Under the pieces are notes generated by a model. The model saw only the letters and a list, made by a program, of their open reading frames with translations. It was not told the DNA's origin and searched no databases. From Nitrospina sp. (GTDB lineage Bacteria > Nitrospinota > Nitrospinia > Nitrospinales > VA-1), in the NCBI GenBank assembly GCA_018697205.1, contig JABHTG010000138.1, positions 23,940 through 87,939 of the forward strand: a stretch of DNA of 64,000 bases, written 5' to 3'. Positions 9,685 to 19,704 of this stretch are shown here, piece by piece. Within the stretch, counting starts at the first letter, position 1. Every line of letters starts with the position of its first letter. The position numbers and the translations under genes are program-made.

Positions 9685-10186
9685 TAGCCTATCTCTCTTT
9701 ATTTAAGCAAACGGCCTTTAACATAACTAATCATTTTAAATGAGACTATTTTATTACAAGTATGGAGAGATTTAATACGGTTTAGCCATCATTTGCCATC
9801 CCAAACAAAAATAAAGGCCGACTCATCCTTAATTTTTTGAGGAAACGAGGGATTCTAACTTAGAAAGCTATTTTAAATTTGCTACGACGTTATACGCTTT
9901 GGCATCCTTTGGGGCATTTTCCCCAGTAGCTGACCATATAACGTTACGCTTTAATTCGTTCTTGTAAATTCTTCAACTGTGGTAATTATTTAATTTAAAA
10001 ATGTTTAAATTGTCTTCATACCTCAAACGAAGTATATGAGAAGTTTATCTTCGTGCTATTATTCTAATATTATATGTTTAGACTAATTTATTAATTAGTG
10101 CTCTATAAATAATAATATCTAAATCATTATTCAGATAAAGGTTAATTTTTAACTGGGATCTTTTTTTTCTAATAAGGAGAACTTAA

Positions 10187-10246
10187 ATGAGAGATGTGAA
10201 AGCTGCGGTAGATGGTAAACGCCCTCGCTTTTTCATCGCTACATAA
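10187..10246 (+). CDS. 19-aa small ORF MRDVKAAVDGKRPRFFIAT
   Basis: Strong RBS TAAGGAG 7 nt upstream; directly precedes 10261..10557. Confidence 0.4.
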   Translation: MRDVKAAVDGKRPRFFIAT

Positions 10247-10260
10247 CAAGGTGACATAAA

Positions 10261-10557
10261 GTGCAAAGAATTTCTCTCATATACGCAACAAGTTGTCAAA
10301 AATACAAGCTTCTTAAGCAGCTTCTATTAGATATTGGATTACCATTCGAAGATATTAAGCATGGACGATTGCATAAAGGATGCGTATGTAGAACTTTTAT
10401 ATCACCAACAATTTTGGTTGATAATGATGTTATTATTTTTTGTGGACCATTACAGTCAAAGCCTAAAAAAAAATCCTCGGAGCTGGCTTATCTTGAAAAA
10501 ATCCCCAATAAAAAAGAATTGAGAGCTCTTCTCGAATGGGTTGAGGTAAAAATTTAA
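10261..10557 (+). CDS. Thioredoxin/glutaredoxin-fold-like small protein
   Basis: RBS AAGGTG with GTG start; LIY...C near the N-terminus and an SPTILVD cis-Pro-type motif. Confidence 0.55.
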   Translation: MQRISLIYATSCQKYKLLKQLLLDIGLPFEDIKHGRLHKGCVCRTFISPTILVDNDVIIFCGPLQSKPKKKSSELAYLEKIPNKKELRALLEWVEVKI

Positions 10558-10700
10558 ATTTGTCAGACTATATTTACAGATAGGTGAAGATTCAATGATG
10601 TATGTTTTTAAAGCTATTGGTGGGGTTGGGTAGTAGGGTTTATCCTACACTTTTGGGTCAAAAAAGAGGATCGGGGATTCTTGTAGGTCATTGAATTTAA

Positions 10701-10777
10701 TGGTCGGGATGAGAGGATTTGAACCTCCGACCCCCTGACCCCGAGACAGGTACGCTACCAGGCTGCGCTACATCCCG
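10701..10777 (-). tRNA. tRNA-Pro(CGG)
   Basis: Reverse complement is CGGGATGTAGCGCAGCCTGGTAGCGTACCTGTCT-CGG-GGTCAGGGGGTCGGAGGTTCAAATCCTCTCATCCCGACCA: cloverleaf, encoded CCA, U.U at 31-39. Confidence 0.95.
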
Positions 10778-10849
10778 ACTATCCACTTAAATAATTTACG
10801 GAGCAAAAAAATAATACTATTTAAATGAAACAATTAATTGATCAAAAAT

Positions 10850-11983
10850 TTAAGACGTTTTGTAAAAAAAACCTTTTAAATATTTCCAAATAACTATTGA
10901 GCCCACTCTATTTACAAAAGACTTAAATCTAGTGCTGCCACCTAGACATTTTTGACAATAAGGATGAACAACTTTTAATTTATTAAAACCTTCAACGGCA
11001 TCAATTACTGGCTTAAAATTCATTATTTCAGTTATAGAATTTTCGAAAACATTTCCAGCTTTGGTGCTTCCATTATAATCAACACAGCAGTAAGTTAAAT
11101 CTCCACTACAAAGAATTGCGAAATGATCATTCAGGGCGCTACAATAGCCTGTTTTAGAGGGGACTACTTTATCATTTTCTGTAAAAGCATTGCCCCATGT
11201 ATTTAGAATATACGTTTCAAAAGAAATATTTGGTGCGATCTTTACAACATTCCACTTAAATGTGGAGAGTTTGTCGATTTTTTTTTCAACGGCAGCTTTA
11301 TCTTCAAGGCTTAGGGGAGGGCATACCTTGTGGACTTCATTGGCCCAGTAGCGAAAAGTTTTTCTAAGCTCTTTAGTGTTATTTATTACACTCATCGTTC
11401 CGACAGACCAATCTTCACCAGGAACTTCCGCCTTAATTGATGTGTTAAGAAAGTGCACTTTTATTTTAGGTGGTTTTGTTTGTTTAAGACATGCCCCAAT
11501 AAACTCTAGAATCCGATTGTGGTATTCCTCAAACTTCATGCGTCTTGCTTTACGAGTTTTGTAGGATTCTGCGTCAGGAGTTTGTAGGGAAATGTTAATT
11601 TGAGAGGCGGTAACTTTTTCTAATTTTATGGCCTGTTCTTCATCTAGATATGTTCCATTTGTTGTGATACCAGTCTTTACTCCAAGTTGAGCAGCGTAAT
11701 CGAGAATTTCAAAAAAACGTGGGTGCATGAAAGGCTCACCCATGACATGAAAGGTAATTTTTTCTGCCATATTGTATTCTGCTATTTCATCAATTATTCC
11801 ACACACTTTATCAAAATCCATATATTCATAATGCCTTGTCATTTCTTGTTTTGGGCAAAAGGTACAGTCAAAATTACAAACATTAGTTAGTTCTATGTGA
11901 ATACGCTGAAGAGGAAAGTTAACTAGTTCTCCAAAGCGTCCAGGGAAAGGTTTTGATCTTGGAGGATGGACTGTTGTTAGCAT
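10850..11983 (-). CDS. Radical SAM protein with SPASM/twitch-like C-terminal domain
   Basis: CNFDCTFC (CX3CX2C), GEPFMHP, TTNGT; C-terminal C...C...CC.D...GN...CQKC. Confidence 0.9.
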   Translation of the reverse strand: MLTTVHPPRSKPFPGRFGELVNFPLQRIHIELTNVCNFDCTFCPKQEMTRHYEYMDFDKVCGIIDEIAEYNMAEKITFHVMGEPFMHPRFFEILDYAAQLGVKTGITTNGTYLDEEQAIKLEKVTASQINISLQTPDAESYKTRKARRMKFEEYHNRILEFIGACLKQTKPPKIKVHFLNTSIKAEVPGEDWSVGTMSVINNTKELRKTFRYWANEVHKVCPPLSLEDKAAVEKKIDKLSTFKWNVVKIAPNISFETYILNTWGNAFTENDKVVPSKTGYCSALNDHFAILCSGDLTYCCVDYNGSTKAGNVFENSITEIMNFKPVIDAVEGFNKLKVVHPYCQKCLGGSTRFKSFVNRVGSIVIWKYLKGFFYKTS

Positions 11984-12002
11984 ATTTATTTTGTGGCCTT
12001 TT

Positions 12003-12185
12003 TTATTTATCCCAAACGTAACGATTTACACTTTCACTCGTAAATGAATTATTAGTGACTTGCCTTGTAATATCTTTTGATTTGCAATTTGGACAAGAAA
12101 CTTTTTTTTTGTCAACTTCTGAGATTTTCATTTCAATTATAAACGGCTTTTTACATTTGTTGCAAAGATGGTCATAGTGAGGCAT
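12003..12185 (-). CDS. FmdB-family zinc ribbon protein
   Basis: MPxYDxxCxKC...F...CPNC pattern; RBS GGAG. Confidence 0.85.
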   Translation of the reverse strand: MPHYDHLCNKCKKPFIIEMKISEVDKKKVSCPNCKSKDITRQVTNNSFTSESVNRYVWDK

Positions 12186-12221
12186 TTTGATATCTCCAAA
12201 AGGAAAATATTACAGCAGTTT

Positions 12222-13019
12222 TTATTTCAATGCAATGAGCCCCGCAAAATTATTCCATTTAAAAAATATATCTACAGTGGTAAATCCTGCTTCTCGGACA
12301 AGTGTTATAGTTTTACTTAGTTTTATTGGGATAAGAATATTTTCTAGAGCATCTCTTTTTTTTGAGATTTCCATTTTTGAATATCCTTGGTCTTCTTTGA
12401 AACCATGATGCATTTCAATAAAGGTTTTGCTTAGAAGTTCATTTTCGCTTATGACTTTTTCGTTGAGAATAAATCCACCACCTGGAATTAAAGATTGGTA
12501 TATTTTTTTAAGTAAAGGCGCTCTGTTTTCTAGAGGAATAAATTGAAGCGTATAATTCATTACTATAGCGCACGAATCGTAGAACGGAAAAGAGTCGTCA
12601 AGATTGGCTTTTAGAAATTCAACAGAATTTTTGGGATCACTTAATTTATTTCGAGCTTTCTTTATCATTGCCTCAGAACTGTCTACCCCGACTAAATTAA
12701 CCCTCGAAATAACTGGTATTGATTGAGAGAGAAGCAGCAATAGGGATCCTGTGGAACAACCTAAATCGTAGATATATTTATCAGATATGGCTAAGCGCTT
12801 GCACCAGTTTACTGTTAAATTTTGGCACTCACGATAAAGAGGAATGCTACGTTCTAGCATATCCTCAAACACGTGAGCCACATCACTATTAAACTTAAAC
12901 TTTGAAGGACTGTTTTTGTCTAAAAAAATGTCGTCTTTATGTTTTATAGCTTCATTCCTTTTGATTCGCTCTCTACGTGTTGTGGGACGAGTTGACGGAA
13001 GTCTGGGTAATATAGGCAT
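12222..13019 (-). CDS. cmoA: Carboxy-S-adenosyl-L-methionine synthase
   Basis: F.F...VA.VF.DM..RSIP.Y, YDLGCSTG, NYTLQF, GYS..EIS.KR.ALEN and FKWNNF. Confidence 0.9.
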   Translation of the reverse strand: MPILPRLPSTRPTTRRERIKRNEAIKHKDDIFLDKNSPSKFKFNSDVAHVFEDMLERSIPLYRECQNLTVNWCKRLAISDKYIYDLGCSTGSLLLLLSQSIPVISRVNLVGVDSSEAMIKKARNKLSDPKNSVEFLKANLDDSFPFYDSCAIVMNYTLQFIPLENRAPLLKKIYQSLIPGGGFILNEKVISENELLSKTFIEMHHGFKEDQGYSKMEISKKRDALENILIPIKLSKTITLVREAGFTTVDIFFKWNNFAGLIALK

Positions 13020-13072
13020 ATAGATTGATGGCTGGTAGCAAGAATTAAATCTTTTAATTTTTTAAATTTACT

Positions 13073-14632
13073 TTATGGCCCAATAACATCATCACACTGA
13101 AGGGACCCTGACTTTACTTTGAATAATAATTTATTAATCGCATTAATATAAGCTAATCCACTTGCTTCCATAGTATTTACTCCAATACCTTTGCCCAAAA
13201 CTTCACGGTTGTTGCTCACAACTCTTACAATAACTTCACCTTGTGCGTCTCGACCCTTAGTTTTCGACATGACTTGGTAGTCAATTAGTTTGCATGTGAG
13301 CCCTGTAATAATATCAATCGCATTGCAGATTGCATCGATAGGTCCATCTCCTTTTGCTGTCGCTTCGTTACTTCCGCCATCTTTATTTTTAAGAATTACT
13401 GATGCTTTAGGAACCTTTCCACTTTCAAATGAACACTTTATGCTTTCTAGTTTATAAGTTGTTAAATCATCCTCTAAAGTCTTTTGTTTTTGAATGAGTG
13501 AAAGAATGTCTTCATCAAAAAGATCTTTTTTTTCGTCTGCGAGAATTTTAAAATCTTTAAAAACTTCATTTAGCTCAATGTCTGTCAGTTTGTATCCTAA
13601 ATCACCAATTCTTTTAGATAATGCATTTCGGCCTGAATGTTTACCAAGAATTAGTTCTGACTCCTCTATGCCAATATCCTTTGGGTTCATTATTTCATAA
13701 GTATCTTTTTTCTTAAGAAAACCATCCTGATGAACTCCAGACTCATGGGCAAAAGCATTTTTGCCAACGATCGCCTTGTTACGTTGTACAAAAAAACCAG
13801 TTAGGCTGCTCACTAATTTACTGCTGGGCATTATATGTTTGGTATCAATCCTTGTGTCCGCACCAAAAAAATCTTTACGTGTTTTAAGGGCCATGACAAT
13901 TTCTTCCATGGCAGCGTTACCAGCGCGTTCGCCTATCCCATTAATTGTACACTCTATCTGGCGTGCTCCAGCTTTGACAGCTGCAAGAGAATTGGCTACG
14001 GCCATACCAAGGTCATTGTGGCAATGCACACTGATCGTTGCTTTATTTATATTTTTTACGTTCGACTTAATACTAGATATGAGTTCACCAAATTCTTCAG
14101 GTACTGCATAACCTACTGTATCGGGAATATTTACAGTTTTTGCCCCGGCATCTATTACCGCTTCAATAACCTCAAATAAAAAATCTTGTTCTGTTCTTGA
14201 TGCATCTTCAGGAGAGAACTCTATATCACCAAAGAATTTTTTTCCAAACTTAACTGCATCTATTGCCATTTTTATAATCTCAGATTTGCTTTTTTGTAGT
14301 TTGTGTTCGCGGTGTGTTTTTGATGTTGAAAGAAATATATGGATACGGGGTGATTCTGCTTTTTCTAGAGCGCGAGCTGCAGACTCTATGTCTCTTTCCA
14401 AGGCTCGTGCTAAGCCTGCAATTGATGACCCTCTAATTTCTCGTGCAATTTCCTGTACGGAGTCAAAATCTCCAGGTGATGCTACAGGAAAGCCAGCTTC
14501 AATAACGTCAACTTTTAGGATGGATAATTTTCGAGCGATTTCCAACTTTTCTTTTCGGTTAAGACTTGCACCAGGGCACTGCTCGCCATCACGAAGGGTT
14601 GTATCAAATATAATGAGTCTTTCTAATGACAT
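13073..14632 (-). CDS. leuA: 2-isopropylmalate synthase
   Basis: FDTTLRDGEQ, HCHNDLG, GIGERAGNA, HESGVHQDG and the regulatory domain. Confidence 0.97.
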   Translation of the reverse strand: MSLERLIIFDTTLRDGEQCPGASLNRKEKLEIARKLSILKVDVIEAGFPVASPGDFDSVQEIAREIRGSSIAGLARALERDIESAARALEKAESPRIHIFLSTSKTHREHKLQKSKSEIIKMAIDAVKFGKKFFGDIEFSPEDASRTEQDFLFEVIEAVIDAGAKTVNIPDTVGYAVPEEFGELISSIKSNVKNINKATISVHCHNDLGMAVANSLAAVKAGARQIECTINGIGERAGNAAMEEIVMALKTRKDFFGADTRIDTKHIMPSSKLVSSLTGFFVQRNKAIVGKNAFAHESGVHQDGFLKKKDTYEIMNPKDIGIEESELILGKHSGRNALSKRIGDLGYKLTDIELNEVFKDFKILADEKKDLFDEDILSLIQKQKTLEDDLTTYKLESIKCSFESGKVPKASVILKNKDGGSNEATAKGDGPIDAICNAIDIITGLTCKLIDYQVMSKTKGRDAQGEVIVRVVSNNREVLGKGIGVNTMEASGLAYINAINKLLFKVKSGSLQCDDVIGP

Positions 14633-14998
14633 TTCTTAAAGGTTCCTCTAATAACTTGTTGAATAAACTAATGGTCTAAATAGTTTTGGCTGGCGAGTGT
14701 AAAAGGTTTTCTATTAGCTGCTGTCTTACTTATCAGGCACTTTAGTCAAATTATCCTACTAAATTTATTTCATTATACCCCCAATATTACATATGTTTAA
14801 GGTGTTTTCTGTATTTATCTTTAAGTTTTAAGCCGATTATTTATCACGTGAGCACGGCTATTTATATTAATTTAAAATTAGGGGGAATTTTCGTTTTTTG
14901 CTATTTTTGTTAGTTGTTAAGTGATTTTAGCAGTATTTTTTGGTAGATAATTATTTTTTTGTAACTAAGTGATTCAATTGTGTACTTTAATTAATGCT

Positions 14999-15023
14999 AT
15001 TAGTGTTATAAAATAACACTAAT
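14999..15023. promoter_or_regulatory. Perfect 11-bp inverted repeat (candidate activator or operator site) upstream of gltB
   Basis: ATTAGTGTTAT-AAA-ATAACACTAAT. Confidence 0.45.
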
Positions 15024-15081
15024 TAGTTGCAGTTATTTGTATGCATAGAGTAGCTAGCTTTAAGTCAATGTTTTTAATATA

Positions 15082-15097
15082 GGGCATGTTAATTGCT
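15082..15097 (+). promoter_or_regulatory. Putative sigma54 (-24/-12) promoter of gltBD
   Basis: GGGCAT-GTTAA-TTGCT, with exact GG-N10-GC spacing, about 85 nt before gltB. Confidence 0.6.
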
Positions 15098-15180
15098 CCT
15101 ATACACTTAATTCTAGTTTAATATTTAGACAGCGCTTATTTATTGAGTCATTTAAGTTTAATCAATTAAAAATTTTCCAG

Positions 15181-18100
15181 ATGTCATATCCTGAAAAACA
15201 GGGTCTTTACGATCCAGGTAACGAAAAAGAGAATTGCGGGATCGGTTTTGTGACTAATATGAAGGGTAGAGGCTCTCACGAAATTGTCCGTAGCGGAATT
15301 GAAATTCTTAACAAATTAGAGCATCGAGGTGCTTGTGGTTCTGATCCTCTTACTGGTGATGGTGCTGGTTTAACGATCCAGATTCCTCATAAATTTTTTA
15401 AAAAAGAGTGCTCTAAGATCGATATCGAGTTACCTGAGCAAGGTAAATATGGGACAGGTCTTGTTTTTTTTCCAAAGGATGTACGAATTCATTCATTTCT
15501 TGATGTATTTAATAAGGTAATTAAGCAAGAGGGTCTATCTTTATTAGGGTGGCGCAAACTACCTGTTGATAATACGACTATTGGGAAAGCGGCTAGAAAA
15601 GCGGAACCGGAAATATGGCAGCCATTTATCGGTCAAGGTGATCAACCGATTGAACAGAATGAATTTGAGCGAAGGCTCTATAAAGTTCGTAAGCTGGTTG
15701 GAAGAGAGATTCATTTTGCTGGGGAGGCAGAATACTTTGTCTCATTTTATATTTGCAGCTTATCAACCAGAACTTTTTGTTACAAAGGTCAACTGATGTC
15801 GAACCAGTTAGAATCATATTTTCTCGACCTGAATGATCCTGATCTTGAGTCTGCCTTGGCTTTAGTTCATTCGAGGTATAGTACTAACACGTTCCCTTCT
15901 TGGGGAAGAGCTCAACCAATGAGACTGATTGCCCATAATGGGGAGATTAATACAGTCAGGGGAAATCAAAACTGGATACGTGCACGAGAGGCAATGTTTG
16001 ACAGTACACTTTTTCCTGAAATAGACAAAATTCTTCCTGTTATTGCTCCTGGGGGAAGTGATTCTGCAGACTTTGATCAAACTTTGGAAATGCTTGCGAT
16101 GACTGGGCGCTCCCTTCCTCATGCAATTATGATGATGATACCGGAGCCCTGGAGTGAGCACGATTTAATTGACGAAGAAAAAAAGGGATTTTATGAGTTT
16201 CATGCTTCCATGATGGAGCCGTGGGATGGTCCTGCATCTATTGCTTTTACAGATGGTGAGGTTATAGGGGCAATTTTAGACCGTAATGGGCTTCGTCCAT
16301 CACGCTATATAGTTACGAAAGATGATCTTGTTGTAATGGCTTCGGAAGTAGGAGTATTGCCAATAAGTGAATCTAATATTTGTTTTAAGGGGCGATTGGA
16401 ACCTGGAAAAATGTTTCTTGTCGATCTTAAAGAAGGGCGAATTATCTCAGATGACGAAATTAAAAAAAAGGTATTCACAAGAAACCCATATTCTCAATGG
16501 GTCAGAGAAAATCAAATAAATTTAGAGGATCTCTCTTCTAGTAAAAAAATACTCGCCGCAGATAAAAGCAGTTTGCGTATGCGGCAGATTTTCTTTGGTT
16601 ATACTACCGAGGATATCAAGTTTATTATTTCATCGATGGTTGCTCAGGGTGAGGAACCAACGGGTTCCATGGGTAACGATACACCACTTGCAGTGCTTTC
16701 TCATCGGCCTCAATTATTATTTCATTATTTTAAACAATTATTTGCTCAAGTAACGAACCCGGCAATCGATTCCATTCGGGAAGAGCTAGTAATGAGTATG
16801 AGTATTAATCTTGGGAAAGAACAAAATCTGCTTGCAGAGTCTCCTATGCATTGTCAAAAACTTAAGCTTACACATCCCATTCTGACAATAGAAGAAATCG
16901 ATAAAATTAAATCTCTGGATCAGCAGAACCTAAAGTCAGTCGTACACTCTACAATCTTTCCTGTATCTGAGAAAAGCGGCGCTTTGAAAAAAGCAATGGA
17001 AGGTTTATGTTCTGAGGTGTCCAAGTCTATTGAAAATGGTGCGACTATTATAGTGCTATCTGATCGAGGAGTAGATAATGCAAATGCTGCTATTCCAAGT
17101 TTATTAGCTGTTTCAGGTGTCCATCATCATTTATTGAGAAACAAAACTAGAACTAAGGTAGGTATTGTTATCGAGTCTGGTGAACCTAGGGAGATGATGC
17201 ATTTTGCATTGCTGATAGGTTATGGCGCTGGTGGGATATGTCCATACCTAGCTTATGAAACAGCCGTGAAGACAGCAGAAGAAGGTATTTTTATTAAGGA
17301 TACAAAGTCAGAAGATGTGATCCCTAATTATATTAAATCAACTCGTAAAGGTTTATTCAAGATTATTGCTAAAATGGGAATATCAACTATTCAAAGCTAT
17401 CGAGGTGCACAAGTTTTTGAAGCTGTTGGTTTGAGCGATGACTTTATTAACCAATTTTTTAATGGTACGCCTTCTAGAGTAGCTGGTGCAGGAATTGATG
17501 TAATCGAAAGAGAAACTTTGGCGCGACATCAATTGGCTTATAAAAATATTGAATCTCTTCCTATTCCTCTTGATCCTGGGGGTAATTATCACTGGCGACG
17601 AGGTGGGGAAGAACACATGATCAATCCAAATTCAATAGCTCTTTTGCAGCATTCAACAAGATCAAATGACTATAAACTATTTAAAAAATTTTCCCATAAT
17701 GCTGATGAGGAAAATACAAGAAGATGTACATTGCGCGGGTTAATGAAGTTTAAAAAAAGAAACCCTATTCCTATAGACGAGGTAGAACCAGTTTCTGAAA
17801 TCACTAACAGGTTTTGTACAGGTGCGATGTCTATAGGATCTATTTCTAGAGAGGCCCATGAGACCTTAGCGATAGCTATGAATAGGTTAGGTGGCAAAAG
17901 TAATACGGGAGAAGGGGGAGAAGATTCAGCTCGTAATATTCTTGATTCCAACGGTGATTCGCGCCGTAGTAAAATTAAACAAGTTGCATCAGGTAGATTT
18001 GGTGTGAGTAGCTATTATTTGGCAAATGCAGATGAAATTCAGATTAAGGTAGCACAAGGAGCAAAGCCTGGTGAGGGGGGCCAACTGCCAGGACATAAAG

Positions 18101-19704
18101 TTTCTGAATATATTGCAAAAATTAGGAACGCAACTCCTGGAGTAACTTTAATTTCCCCCCCACCACATCACGATATTTATTCAATAGAGGATTTACAGCA
18201 ATTAATTTTTGATTTACATAATGCAAATCCTACTGCGGATGTAAGCGTTAAATTAGTTGCGGAAGTTGGGGTTGGGACAATAGCAGCTGGTGTATCTAAA
18301 GCTAGGGCAGAGGCTGTCCTTATAAGTGGGCATGATGGTGGCACAGGTGCTTCGCCCCAGACATCTATCAAGCATGCTGGTTTGCCATGGGAGTTGGGTT
18401 TGTCAGAAACTCAACAAGTGTTGGTTTTAAATGATCTAAGAGGAAGAATTCGCTTGCAGGTGGATGGCCAGTTTAAAACAGGACGCGATGTGATTATCGG
18501 CGGGATGCTAGGAGCTGATGAAATAGGATTTTCAACAATAGCACTCATAACTATGGGATGTATTATGATGCGAAAATGTCACTTAAATACATGTTCAGTT
18601 GGAGTTGCAACCCAAGACCCAGAACTCCGTAAAAAGTTCTCAGGTCTGCCAGACCATGTAGTTAATCTATTTACTTTTATAGCAATGGAGGTACGCGAAA
18701 TTATGGCAGAATTGGGGTTCCGCAAATTTCAAGATCTCATTGGGCGAGTTGATCTTTTAGATGTAGGGAAGGGTGCTGAACATTGGAAGTCGGCGGGTAT
18801 AGATATTAGCAATATACTTTATAAGCCGGAAATGCCTGATACAGTCGCTATTTATAATAATTGCAAACAAGATTTGAGCGCTGATCTTGATGATGCACTT
18901 GATCATCAATTAATAAATAAGGTCAAAGATACTTTAGAAAATAAAAAGTCCATTCATCTTGAGCATAGAATCACAAATACCCAAAGAGCAGTGGGCGCGA
19001 TGCTTAGTTTTGAAATTTCCAAGAAATTTGGTGAAGAAGGGTTGCCTGAAGATACTATTGTCGTTGACTTCAAAGGGTCTGCGGGTCAGAGCTTTGGAGC
19101 GTTTCTTGCGAAAGGGATTACTTTTAACTTATTGGGTGACGCGAATGATTACGTGGGCAAATGCCTTTCAGGGGGAAAAATCATTGTTAGTCCATCTCCT
19201 GATTCTACAATTGTTCCAGAAAAAAATATTATTGCAGGAAATGTAATTCTTTATGGTGCTACAGGTGGAAAAATATTTTTACGTGGTTTAGTTGGAGAAC
19301 GTTTTTGTGTTCGTAATAGTGGATGCCAAGCCGTTGTTGAAGGTGTTGGTGACCATGGATGTGAGTATATGACCGGTGGTATAGTCGTTGTCCTTGGAGA
19401 AACGGGAAAAAATTTTGCTGCCGGGATGAGTGGAGGAATTGCTTTTGTTTTAGACCGTAATAAAAAGTTTGATCTGTTTTGTAACAAGGGTTTGGTTGAT
19501 CTAGTCCCTGTAAAAGAAGATGAGGATGTCGTACAACTAAAGACTTTGATTAACCAACATTATCAATATACCAAGAGTACGGTCGCAAAAAAAATTCTTG
19601 ATGAATGGGAGATATCTTTAAGTCAGTTTGTAAAAGTTTTTCCTAGAGACTATAAACGAGTTTTACAAGAACGAAATCAAAAAATATTAAAAGAGGTTTC
19701 TTGA
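15181..19704 (+). CDS. gltB: Glutamate synthase large subunit
   Basis: N-terminal CGIG, HSRYSTNT, SNTGEGGE, KVAQGAKPGEGGQLPG, CIMMRKCHLNTC and GXGXG C-terminal domain. Confidence 0.98.
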   Translation: MSYPEKQGLYDPGNEKENCGIGFVTNMKGRGSHEIVRSGIEILNKLEHRGACGSDPLTGDGAGLTIQIPHKFFKKECSKIDIELPEQGKYGTGLVFFPKDVRIHSFLDVFNKVIKQEGLSLLGWRKLPVDNTTIGKAARKAEPEIWQPFIGQGDQPIEQNEFERRLYKVRKLVGREIHFAGEAEYFVSFYICSLSTRTFCYKGQLMSNQLESYFLDLNDPDLESALALVHSRYSTNTFPSWGRAQPMRLIAHNGEINTVRGNQNWIRAREAMFDSTLFPEIDKILPVIAPGGSDSADFDQTLEMLAMTGRSLPHAIMMMIPEPWSEHDLIDEEKKGFYEFHASMMEPWDGPASIAFTDGEVIGAILDRNGLRPSRYIVTKDDLVVMASEVGVLPISESNICFKGRLEPGKMFLVDLKEGRIISDDEIKKKVFTRNPYSQWVRENQINLEDLSSSKKILAADKSSLRMRQIFFGYTTEDIKFIISSMVAQGEEPTGSMGNDTPLAVLSHRPQLLFHYFKQLFAQVTNPAIDSIREELVMSMSINLGKEQNLLAESPMHCQKLKLTHPILTIEEIDKIKSLDQQNLKSVVHSTIFPVSEKSGALKKAMEGLCSEVSKSIENGATIIVLSDRGVDNANAAIPSLLAVSGVHHHLLRNKTRTKVGIVIESGEPREMMHFALLIGYGAGGICPYLAYETAVKTAEEGIFIKDTKSEDVIPNYIKSTRKGLFKIIAKMGISTIQSYRGAQVFEAVGLSDDFINQFFNGTPSRVAGAGIDVIERETLARHQLAYKNIESLPIPLDPGGNYHWRRGGEEHMINPNSIALLQHSTRSNDYKLFKKFSHNADEENTRRCTLRGLMKFKKRNPIPIDEVEPVSEITNRFCTGAMSIGSISREAHETLAIAMNRLGGKSNTGEGGEDSARNILDSNGDSRRSKIKQVASGRFGVSSYYLANADEIQIKVAQGAKPGEGGQLPGHKVSEYIAKIRNATPGVTLISPPPHHDIYSIEDLQQLIFDLHNANPTADVSVKLVAEVGVGTIAAGVSKARAEAVLISGHDGGTGASPQTSIKHAGLPWELGLSETQQVLVLNDLRGRIRLQVDGQFKTGRDVIIGGMLGADEIGFSTIALITMGCIMMRKCHLNTCSVGVATQDPELRKKFSGLPDHVVNLFTFIAMEVREIMAELGFRKFQDLIGRVDLLDVGKGAEHWKSAGIDISNILYKPEMPDTVAIYNNCKQDLSADLDDALDHQLINKVKDTLENKKSIHLEHRITNTQRAVGAMLSFEISKKFGEEGLPEDTIVVDFKGSAGQSFGAFLAKGITFNLLGDANDYVGKCLSGGKIIVSPSPDSTIVPEKNIIAGNVILYGATGGKIFLRGLVGERFCVRNSGCQAVVEGVGDHGCEYMTGGIVVVLGETGKNFAAGMSGGIAFVLDRNKKFDLFCNKGLVDLVPVKEDEDVVQLKTLINQHYQYTKSTVAKKILDEWEISLSQFVKVFPRDYKRVLQERNQKILKEVS

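Noticed and set aside
14640-14790. Leucine attenuator leader upstream of leuA
   Set aside because: No Leu-rich leader peptide or terminator/antiterminator pair found on the minus strand.
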